This document shows, one piece after another, positions 36,203 through 45,676 of a DNA stretch of 45,676 nt. A model generated the notes under the pieces. The model was given only the letters and a program-made list of their open reading frames with translations. It searched no databases and was not told the DNA's origin. Each line of letters starts with the position of its first letter. Position 1 is the first letter of the stretch. Both the position numbers and the translations under genes were made by a program. The stretch is from Octopus bimaculoides (Eukaryota), in the NCBI RefSeq assembly GCF_001194135.2, contig NC_069001.1, positions 34,601,940 through 34,647,615 on the forward strand. Reading direction: 5' to 3'.

Positions 36203-36958
36203 TGCAAACGTTGCTATGTGGTCGAGAAGCTTGCTTTCCAAACCATGTTGTCTTGAGTTCAGTCCCATGGTATTCTGGGCAAGTGTCTTCTATCATAGAC
36301 CTGGGTCCACCAAATCTGTGTAAGTGGATTCAGTGGACAGAAACAGAAAAGCAGACTGTTGTGTTTGTGTATACATATCATCATCATCATCATCATCATC
36401 TTTTAATGTCCGTTCTCCATTCTGGCAATGGTTGGAAGGTCTGAGAGGAGTTAGCCAGTGTATCCTTGTCTAGATATCACACGATGGTTGCAGATGAGCT
36501 CCATCATCATACAGGTGAGGTTGTCTATTTCCAGTCTTGCAGTAAAAACATGTCTAGATTTGGAGAAGTATCACCTTGCTTGGAAAAAGGTGAGGGTTGG
36601 CAACAGGAAGGGCATCTAAATTTGTTGAGGTTGAAAAATCTGCCTCTACAAATAGTCCAACCCATGCCAGCATGGAAAAGAGGATGACGATGATGATGAT
36701 GACGATGATGATATATTCTTTTACTTGTTTTGCTTGTTTCAGTCATTTGACTGCGGCCATGCTGGAGCACTGCCTTTAGTCGAGAAAAGGGTTTTAATTG
36801 AACAAATCAACCCCAGGACTTATTCTTTGTAAGCCTAGTATTTATTCTATCGGTCTCTTTTGCCGAACCGCTAAGTTACGGGGATGTAAACACACCAGCA
36901 TCGGTTGTCAAGCGATGTTGGGGGGACAAACACAGGCACACAAACACACACACACACA
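36203..36958. mobile_element. Cluster: family A 5' half (+) 36203-36372, RTE tail (-) 36378-36445, RTE-subtype 3' end (+) 36545-36712, family A 3' half (-) 36713-36958
   Basis: Diagnostic blocks as in the other copies; the last element runs into the gap. Confidence 0.85.
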
Positions 36959-37721
36959 NNNNNNNNNNNNNNNNNNNNNNNNNNNNNNNNNNNNNNNNNN
37001 NNNNNNNNNNNNNNNNNNNNNNNNNNNNNNNNNNNNNNNNNNNNNNNNNNNNNNNNNNNNNNNNNNNNNNNNNNNNNNNNNNNNNNNNNNNNNNNNNNNN
37101 NNNNNNNNNNNNNNNNNNNNNNNNNNNNNNNNNNNNNNNNNNNNNNNNNNNNNNNNNNNNNNNNNNNNNNNNNNNNNNNNNNNNNNNNNNNNNNNNNNNN
37201 NNNNNNNNNNNNNNNNNNNNNNNNNNNNNNNNNNNNNNNNNNNNNNNNNNNNNNNNNNNNNNNNNNNNNNNNNNNNNNNNNNNNNNNNNNNNNNNNNNNN
37301 NNNNNNNNNNNNNNNNNNNNNNNNNNNNNNNNNNNNNNNNNNNNNNNNNNNNNNNNNNNNNNNNNNNNNNNNNNNNNNNNNNNNNNNNNNNNNNNNNNNN
37401 NNNNNNNNNNNNNNNNNNNNNNNNNNNNNNNNNNNNNNNNNNNNNNNNNNNNNNNNNNNNNNNNNNNNNNNNNNNNNNNNNNNNNNNNNNNNNNNNNNNN
37501 NNNNNNNNNNNNNNNNNNNNNNNNNNNNNNNNNNNNNNNNNNNNNNNNNNNNNNNNNNNNNNNNNNNNNNNNNNNNNNNNNNNNNNNNNNNNNNNNNNNN
37601 NNNNNNNNNNNNNNNNNNNNNNNNNNNNNNNNNNNNNNNNNNNNNNNNNNNNNNNNNNNNNNNNNNNNNNNNNNNNNNNNNNNNNNNNNNNNNNNNNNNN
37701 NNNNNNNNNNNNNNNNNNNNN

Positions 37722-37778
<57 letters not shown>

Positions 37779-37824
37779 ATATGTGTGTAGATACATATAT
37801 ATATATACATATATGGATATATAT

Positions 37825-38341
37825 GCCCCACCCATGCTAGCATGGAAGACAGACATTAAATGATTATGATGATATATATATATATATATATGTGTGTGTG
37901 TATATAAGAGGGGTAAGTTGCTTAGTGGTCAGGGTGTTGTACTCATGATTGTAAGATTGTGGTTTCAATTCCTGGAGGGAGTGATGCATTGTGTTCTTGA
38001 GCAAAACACTGCATTTCACATGGTTCCAGTCCATTTTGATGGTAAAAATGAGTATTCCCAAAATGGACTGGCCCCCTGTCCTGAGTGGGAAGGAATATAC
38101 ACATCACAAAATCCTGGAAACTGATCTTATGAGCTTATAGCTCAGGAAGGACCCTTTGTCCATTTTGATGTATATATAGGCACAGGTATGGCTATGTGGT
38201 TAGAAGCTTGCCTCCCAACCACATGGTTCTAGGTTCAGTCTCACTGTGTGACACCTTGGGCAAATGTCTTCTACTATAATCTTGGGCTGACCAAAGCCTA
38301 GAGAGTGGTTTTTGAAGATGGAAACTGAAAGAAGCTTCTTG

Positions 38342-38410
<69 letters not shown>

Positions 38411-38625
38411 ATGTCTATGCATTTGTATTTGTCCCCACCTCATTGCTTGATAACCAGTGTTTGTGTGTTTATGTCCCCATGACAGCTCTTCAGCAAAACA
38501 GACCTATGGAATAAGTACTAGGCTTAAAAAAAGTCCTGGTGTTGATTTTTCTTTTTTACTAAAACTCTTTAAGGCAGTGCTCCAGCATGGCCGCAGTCAA
38601 ATGACTGAAAGAAATAAAAGAATAT
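37825..38625 (+). mobile_element. RTE tail 37825-37872, family D SINE 37909-38150, full family A SINE 38178-38625
   Basis: GCTTAGTGGTCAGG/GGTTTCAATTCC/GTTCTTGAGCAAAACAC for family D; complete family A head-to-tail with CAGTCAAATGACTG. Confidence 0.88.
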
Positions 38626-39571
38626 ATATATACATATATATATATATGCATATATGCATATATATACATATGGGTATCTATCTATCTATCTATCTATCTA
38701 TNNNNNNNNNNNNNNNNNNNNNNNNNNNNNNNNNNNNNNNNNNNNNNNNNNNNNNNNNNNNNNNNNNNNNNNNNNNNNNNNNNNNNNNNNNNNNNNNNNN
38801 NNNNNNNNNNNNNNNNNNNNNNNNNNNNNNNNNNNNNNNNNNNNNNNNNNNNNNNNNNNNNNNNNNNNNNNNNNNNNNNNNNNNNNNNNNNNNNNNNNNN
38901 NNNNNNNNNNNNNNNNNNNNNNNNNNNNNNNNNNNNNNNNNNNNNNNNNNNNNNNNNNNNNNNNNNNNNNNNNNNNNNNNNNNNNNNNNNNNNNNNNNNN
39001 NNNNNNNNNNNNNNNNNNNNNNNNNNNNNNNNNNNNNNNNNNNNNNNNNNNNNNNNNNNNNNNNNNNNNNNNNNNNNNNNNNNNNNNNNNNNNNNNNNNN
39101 NNNNNNNNNNNNNNNNNNNNNNNNNNNNNNNNNNNNNNNNNNNNNNNNNNNNNNNNNNNNNNNNNNNNNNNNNNNNNNNNNNNNNNNNNNNNNNNNNNNN
39201 NNNNNNNNNNNNNNNNNNNNNNNNNNNNNNNNNNNNNNNNNNNNTTTTGTATTGGTTTATTTGGTTTTTCTTTTATTTGCTTATTCATCTTTTTTTTTGT
39301 GTGTGTGTGTGTGTGTGTGTGTTTGTGTGTGTGTGCACGTGTCTGTGTGAGTGTGACATTCTTATTAAACTTGCACCACAAGAGGAGGAACCGTTCTACC
39401 CAAATGTCTGTATTCCAAAATGACCAAATTAATTTGTAGTGCTGCCTGTTAAAAAAAGAGAAAACCAAACTTCAGCTAACTTGAGACATACTTCAAACAG
39501 AATTTCATATTAGTAACCATTCGCAAATAACTATTCATTATAAGTAATTACCAGTTTGTTATAAGTAAGAA

Positions 39572-39616
39572 CCAATTCGTTATAAATAGCCAAGAACCAT
39601 CTTTCTACCTTTCACT
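39572..39616 (+). promoter_or_regulatory. Candidate core promoter: CCAAT 39572, TATAAATA 39581-39588, Inr-like TCACT 39612-39616
   Basis: Motifs with plausible TATA-Inr spacing, in unique sequence ~275 nt upstream of the candidate start codon. Confidence 0.4.
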
Positions 39617-39887
39617 GTCCTCCTCCTCCTTCTCTTTCTCATTTCATTTCATTCCTCTTCCCCAACCCTCCCATCTCTCTCATTCACCCATCTTCTTCAC
39701 AAAGCAACACAACTGAATCGATTCTTAAGTTTTAGTTTTGATAACTTTTAAATTGCAAAATCCCTAATCCTTACGTTATTTACAAAATCGGATAATATTT
39801 TTGTTGTAGCTCTTGCTGATTTCTTTTTTTAGTGGTCATTCCATTTAGTTTCATTGATATAAAAAAAACGATATAAAAAAAAGAAAA

Positions 39888-40031
39888 ATGTCTAAATATA
39901 GACCGAGGTCAGTTTCTCTGACTGACATGAACTCACTTCAAACGCTTAAAGTTGAATTAAAACTTAAAAGAGATTCTTGGATGGAAAATACAATTTCGCT
40001 AAAGCATAAAGTAAGAATCCGACGTGATCAG
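39888..40031 (+). CDS. Candidate first coding exon, 48 aa: MSKYRPRSVSLTDMNSLQTLKVELKLKRDSWMENTISLKHKVRIRRDQ
   Basis: AAAAATG start, upstream in-frame TGA at 39855, stop-free frame, consensus CAG|GTAAGA phase-0 donor, non-repetitive protein-like composition. No family recognised. Confidence 0.65.
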
Positions 40032-40932
40032 GTAAGAATTTTTTACCATTTTAGCAAATACTTTTAACAAAGAAGAATTTCACTTATGATTTGCTAAGNN
40101 NNNNNNNNNNNNNNNNNNNNNNNNNNNNNNNNNNNNNNNNNNNNNNNNNNNNNNNNNNNNNNNNNNNNNNNNNNNNNNNNNNNNNNNNNNNNNNNNNNNN
40201 NNNNNNNNNNNNNNNNNNNNNNNNNNNNNNNNNNNNNNNNNNNNNNNNNNNNNNNNNNNNNNNNNNNNNNNNNNNNNNNNNNNNNNNNNNNNNNNNNNNN
40301 NNNNNNNNNNNNNNNNNNNNNNNNNNNNNNNNNNNNNNNNNNNNNNNNNNNNNNNNNNNNNNNNNNNNNNNNNNNNNNNNNNNNNNNNNNNNNNNNNNNN
40401 NNNNNNNNNNNNNNNNNNNNNNNNNNNNNNNNNNNNNNNNNNNNNNNNNNNNNNNNNNNNNNNNNNNNNNNNNNNNNNNNNNNNNNNNNNNNNNNNNNNN
40501 NNNNNNNNNNNNNNNNNNNNNNNNNNNNNATATTAAAAATGGGGAGGGCCAATTTATGGGATTACCTTAGGTTCCTTAGGTTTCCCATCCATAAAAGGTT
40601 TAACTTCATGGTGTATTGTTAGATCCCAAAACCTGTTGGCCCAAGTGCTTGATATTTTATTCTAGGTGGCCAGAGATAACTTCTATTGAACTTGTTATTC
40701 AATTCTTTTATCGATTTATTCGTACTAAAATCATATACTTTGTTACTTATTCATATAAAATCTTATAATATTTCGTTTTTTTTTTATATTTGACTTGCAA
40801 AACGCCAAATATGAACCCCTATGTTGTAAGATTTTGTTACATCTTGGTAAGGTCACTTTGCCCTTATTATTGGCATAATGACCCTCCCCCAAGATAATTT
40901 ATTATTTATTCATATAAATATCATACAATGAT

Positions 40933-41304
40933 TTATTACCTCCTCCTTAGTGAAGGCAGAGGTATTGCTTTCAGTCCTGTTTGTTTGTTTGTTTGTCTGT
41001 GGACAAAATATCTCAAGAACTGCTGGATGGATTCAAATGAAACTTACAGAGATGTTTGGCCTTATGACTGGCAAAACTGATAAGATTTTGGGATCGATCT
41101 GGTACCGGACAAGGATTCTGGATTATTTTTCCTGTTTCTTTACTTAATTTTTGAGAATGGTCAGGTTCATTTTTAGTATTCTTGTTAGTGAGAGCAGTTG
41201 AGTTTATTTCAGATATTCTCATTTTAAAAATTACCTCCAGGTAATCATTGAGAGGACGTTGGTATTGCCTTGGCAGAGGTTTACACTCTCTGAGTGCTCT
41301 TGTT
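40933..41304 (+). mobile_element. Helentron-associated non-autonomous element (HINE/DINE-1-like)
   Basis: 5' TTATTACCTCC.., 5' hairpin 40937-40964, (GTTT)n core, 3' subterminal IR CCTTGGCAGAGGT 41268-41280, CACTC-TCT-GAGTG stem-loop, TT ends. Confidence 0.85.
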
Positions 41305-42209
41305 ATATATTTAGAATTTATTGTTTTGATAACTTTTCCATGAAACAAATTATGTAATTTTTTCAAAAGACACCTTGTCTCAAGGAAAGCTGGTATTTAT
41401 TCACAGATCCCTAAACTTCTGAAGAACCCTGTTTGAGCCCTTCATTAATATACATTAAAAATAAGTTTTTATTTCTAACATTATTATCCAGATATATTTT
41501 TTTAATATTGGATCTGTATTATTCCTTTGAATGTGCCTGTATGGTTTAGCTGGCACTGTTTCATTTGACAATTTCCCCAGAAAACGTCAAAGCAGGTGCA
41601 ACACAAAGTTTGGTGTTTATGGCAGGAAATAACGATTTTTCTGCCAATTAGGAAACCATAAACACAAAGCCACGTTGACACTTTTGCCTTTGCCGGGGAT
41701 ATAATTAAATGTAACCATGGCAGCGAGAATGTACTCAAGGTTTCAAATGGTTAAAGTCATCAAATACACATCCAGAAAGTATGGTTGTGTTGTTAAGAAT
41801 CTAGCATCCTAACCATGGGGTCTCAGGGTCGATTCTACAGCACAGCACCTTGAGTAGAGTATCTTTCTGAGTTTATATGAAATGGTAATATGCGAAGTTC
41901 AACCAGTTCATCTGTGTGGGGTTTGCACAGCCAAAGGTGAGTGTGGTGGTTTTCATAAATATTTGACTGTACCTGCTTTGAAAGAAAATAATAACTTTAC
42001 AACTACCTTGAATTTTGATAGAAGCCATTCCTCCAGGGGTTGCAGAGAGATAAATGATGTTGGTTCTTTCTTACAAATTTTCTCTTGGGGACCATAATAT
42101 TTTCTCTTCTTGCCCCAAGTTGGCCAGACTTATCAACAAAATTTGACGGTTGGAAACTGCAGAGAGTCTGCAAGAAAGACAGTTTCATTGGTTGATTTAA
42201 CCATTTTTT

Positions 42210-42415
42210 TAGATTTGAACTAACCACCTCGTGATTATGAGCCCAATACTCTAACCACTGAGTCATACACCTTCACTTAGGCATCCTAATAATAAATAAT
42301 TAGCATTTGAATAATAAATAATCACATCATTGAAATCCCAAAGCTGTGAGATAATGCATCATTAATTCAACACGATGTGAATAAATAAGCATTAAATTAG
42401 ACAGAAAATGAAAAG
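42210..42415. mobile_element. Family D head (-) 42210-42275 and piggyBac-like MITE fragment 42320-42415
   Basis: CTCTAACCACTGAGTCATACACCTTCA; AATAAATAAGCATTAAATT.GACA shared with 9121-9200. Confidence 0.7.
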
Positions 42416-42460
42416 GAGAAACATTCAGATACCACCACTATCTTCCCAAATTTTGGTCAG

Positions 42461-42517
42461 AAAATTTCAAATTTTATACCCGAAAATGTGACGCGCTTTG
42501 ATGGTTTTGATACAGCT
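42461..42517 (+). CDS. Candidate phase 0-0 exon KISNFIPENVTRFDGFDTA
   Basis: TTTTGGTCAG acceptor, GCT|GTAAGG donor, open frame compatible with the 39888 exon; could be chance. Confidence 0.25.
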
Positions 42518-42867
42518 GTAAGGGCTGGGTAGGCTTCCAGTCACCAACCACGTTACAGTGTGAACAAAGTGTAATTTTACTCATGGGGTTATCTGCTCCT
42601 GAAGTGAATTAAGACATCCTCTCTACTATTGCACCAGTCTAGTGTTCGTTTAATTGATAAAATCCGAAACATTAATCTATAGAAAGAGAAAGCTAATTTG
42701 CAGATAAGCAACACATGGAGATTTTCAAATGAATATCTTTGTTCAGATTTTCTGAATATCTTTGTTCCCCGAATGACTAAAGGGTCAGATAGAAAAAAAA
42801 AAAAAGATATATTCTGACATAAGGCCTTTTTGAATTTTATTAATGATCTTCTCTTGTCTTTGTACAG

Positions 42868-42909
42868 GAACTAATTAACAAAGTTTTGCAGTACACCTGG
42901 TCTCCATAG
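42868..42909 (+). CDS. Candidate phase-0 exon ELINKVLQYTWSP*
   Basis: Strong acceptor CTTCTCTTGTCTTTGTACAG; only phase 0 is open; stop followed by TAA TAG and AG|GTATTA at 42916. Confidence 0.35.
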   Translation, partial: ELINKVLQYTWSP

Positions 42910-43480
42910 TAATAGGTATTATTAGCATGTACTTGATCTCATCTCTAGTCCTTCCTTTCTTCATTCCTCCTGGCATTATACTTCAAATTTGATTATTCGT
43001 TTCAGAATGATTTACGTCTACAGTAAGATTACTATTGTGTAGAGTGTATATGAAAGGCAAATTCATGGACTTGGCTTTCTTTATTGTTCTCTGTTTATCA
43101 TTATTATCATTATTATCATTATCATTATTATTATTATTATCATCATCATCATTATTATCGTCATCATCATCATCATCATTATCATTATATCTGGTGCAAA
43201 CTATTCAAATTGAATCAACATTTCATTTTAACTCAAACTGTTTAAAATTTTTAGCTTCATCATCATCATCATCTTCATCATTCTCTATGCATAGTTTTAA
43301 GGCTCATTTAATTAATTAATTCTTTCTTTTTATTTTGTGTGTGTTTGTTATTAGTTGTATATGTCATGTCCTATTTATCTTCCATAATTGTTAATCTTCC
43401 TTGAACGGAGGCAAGATTTTCTTTCTCTTCAAATCTTCCTGGTTTTTTACCTTTATTGTATTCAACTGAACAACAGAATA

Positions 43481-44272
43481 AATACCAGGCTTTAGCAGAA
43501 AATAACTTCTGGGATCGATTCATTTGATTAAATATCCTTCAAGGTGGTGCCCCAGCATGGCCACAGTCTACGGACTGAAACAAGTAAATGTGTGTGTGTG
43601 TGTGTGTGTGTGTTTGTGCACATTTCCATTGTTTATCGTTTATATTTTACTTGTGCCTGTCATCACACTTTGGCCATGCTGGGGCACCGCCTTAGAGAAT
43701 TTCTAGTTGAATGAATTGAACCCGGTACTTCTTTTTGTGTTTTTAAGAAGTGGTACTTATTCTATCAATCTCTTTTGTTGCTAAGTTACAGGACACAAAC
43801 AGACCAACACTGGTTGTCAAGCGAACATGGCGGGGACACAAAGACACACGCATGTAGATATAAATATGCATACAGGTGCAGGTGTGGCTGTGTGGTAAGA
43901 AGCTTGCTTCCCAACCACATGGTTCTGGGTTCAGTCTCACTGCATGGCAACTTGGACAAGTGTCTTCTACTGTAGCCTTGAGTTGACCAAAGCCTTGTGA
44001 GTGGATTTGGTAGATGGAGGCCGTTGCCAGTACCCCCTGACTGGCCCATCTAAACAAACCTTTCTGCTATAGGTAGAAGGCCTGGAATTTGTGGGGAAGG
44101 GACTAGTTGATTACATCGACCCCAGTATTCATCTGGTACTTAATTTATCAACCCCGAAAGGATGAAAGGCAAAGTCGACCTCAGCAGAATTTGAACTCAG
44201 AATGTAGTGACTCGCGAAATACCACTAAGCATTTTGTCCAGCATGCTAACAATTCTGCCAGCTCGTTGCCTT
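43481..44272. mobile_element. SINE cluster: A 3' end (+) 43481-43588, A 3' half (-) 43645-43851, A 5' half (+) 43874-44020, B (-) 44059-44272
   Basis: Diagnostic family A and B blocks. Confidence 0.87.
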
Positions 44273-44689
44273 TCCATCTAAACAAACAATTGCACATAAG
44301 GTTTACTTACAAACAACGATTTTAACTTCCTAAATAAAGTGTTTTATAATGTAACGTTTTATGCTCGGTTTTCTAAATGCTATTTTGGTGGCAAGTTAGC
44401 AAATAAACCCCACTGTTTTGATAACTGAATCAGGTTGTAAAACTAAAACGAAGCCTTTAACATTATGCTAACTAAAATAAAAGGCAAAAAAACAAGCCTT
44501 TTTGAGACATACAGCCCTTCTTAAAATTCCTTTTAGCTTTCTTTTGACTCCCTTTTGGGTTAAAAGGTAAAATTTTGAGGAACACAGTTTCGCTTTTAAG
44601 ATGGTAAAGAATTTAAGTTAGGAATAATTTCCTTTAAAATGTAAAAGGCAATTAGTTGATTTTGAATCCCTTTAAAGAATCTTATTCTT

Positions 44690-45166
44690 TGTGTATGTGG
44701 TGGTAGGAGTGGGGTATATTATGTGGATGGATGTGTGTGAGCATGTAGTTGTGTATGTGTGTATGAGGGTAGGTAATTCTGTGTGTGTAAATAATTATGT
44801 GTGTGTATGAGTGTGTTGTGTATGTGTGAGTGCATGTGCAGTGTGTATGCTCGTAAGCAATTCTCTGTGTGTAGTTTATGTATGTGTGCAGATAATTATG
44901 TGTGTGTATGAGCATGTTGTTGTGCATGTGTGAGTGCTTGTACAGTGTATATGTGTGTAGGTAATGTGTGTATATGCATGTAAGCATGTGAGTGAGTGTT
45001 TGCACATGCATGTGTGTGTATGCACGTGTGTTGGTAGTTACATGCGTATTTGGATGTATATGCATGTAACTGTGCAGTTGTGTGTGTGCGTATGTGTGAG
45101 TGTTTGTGCATGTGTGTGTTTGTATTTGTGTGTGTGCACGTGCGTGTGTGTCTGTGTGTGCGTGTT
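44690..45166. repeat. Highly degenerate TG-rich low-complexity tract; further TG/TA runs at 45340-45420 and 45600-45676
   Basis: Directly visible. Confidence 0.9.
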
Positions 45167-45339
45167 GATTCAGTAGTGCAAAGAGTAAGGGATCATTTCA
45201 CGACTGCAATACAAGAAATTGTAAACGAGTTCAGTTATCATCATCATAAGCATCATATTCATCATTACAGTTCTTGCCTCTTTTGGCAATCAATGTCCTA
45301 CTTCACTTGTTTCATCAACTTCAGCATCAGTACTGAGTT

Positions 45340-45390
<51 letters not shown>

Positions 45391-45615
45391 ATATATAATA
45401 TATATGTAATATACATATATATACATGTGTGTATGAAGTCATAAATTTCTCTCTCATTTAATGACTTTCTACACTCCCTACCATTTCCTGTTGTATCGTA
45501 CTCTATATTTTATATGTCTTGTAGAATGATACATTAAGGAGCTTTTCTTTCCTGTGTGCACTACTGGATTACTTGAATCCATATATAGTGACTTAAATTT
45601 ATATATGTATACATA

Positions 45616-45676
<61 letters not shown>

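Larger units (their letters stand above)
519..40529. other. Assembly gaps: 519-974, 7191-7200, 12499-12531, 13267-13533, 21189-21507, 22206-22550, 25993-26002, 29560-29662, 36959-37721, 38702-39244, 40099-40529 (3280 N in total)
   Basis: N runs; most are flanked by simple repeats, typical of a short-read scaffold. Confidence 0.99.

Noticed and set aside
41907-41936. 30-nt phase 0-0 candidate FICVGFAQPK with AAG|GTGAGT
   Set aside because: Acceptor lacks a pyrimidine tract, and 41890-42210 appears from recollection to be an interspersed repeat; revisit if RNA-seq supports it.
45164-45330. VDSVVQRVRDHFTTAIQEIVNEF.. helical-looking frame
   Set aside because: Acceptor abuts a TG tract, two frames are similarly open, and no convincing donor or homology.
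90-45409. Most ORFs in the supplied track ([12 protein letters not shown], poly-I/D/S/H and X-filled)
   Set aside because: They are translations of microsatellites or read through N gaps; no protein signal.
1-45676. CRISPR arrays, rRNA genes, operons or prokaryotic systems
   Set aside because: No regularly spaced repeat-spacer structure and no rRNA-like sequence; the DNA is clearly eukaryotic.

Overview
AT-rich, repeat-dense animal genomic DNA. The SINE/RTE repertoire and the microsatellite load look like a coleoid cephalopod, probably Octopus; this is recognition from memory, not a database match. About 3.3 kb (11 blocks) is assembly gap, and nearly every ORF in the supplied track is a microsatellite or N artefact. 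The window is dominated by four tRNA-headed SINE families (labelled A-D here, my labels), many 5'-truncated RTE LINE 3' ends, and DNA-transposon relics (mariner, Tc1-like, Tigger-like, hAT-like, piggyBac-like MITEs, a Helentron-type HINE). It also holds a dead Ty3/Gypsy gag with its primer-binding site, R4/Dong-like and RTE-BovB-like fragments, and a 155-bp foldback hairpin. No complete known gene is recognisable. The best non-repeat signals are a candidate first coding exon at 39888-40031 (+), which falls below the ORF-track length cut-off, possible downstream exons at 42461-42517 and 42868-42909, and a coding-like exon at 31041-31126 (-). I cannot demonstrate a new biological system from this sequence; the most promising leads are given as testable hypotheses.
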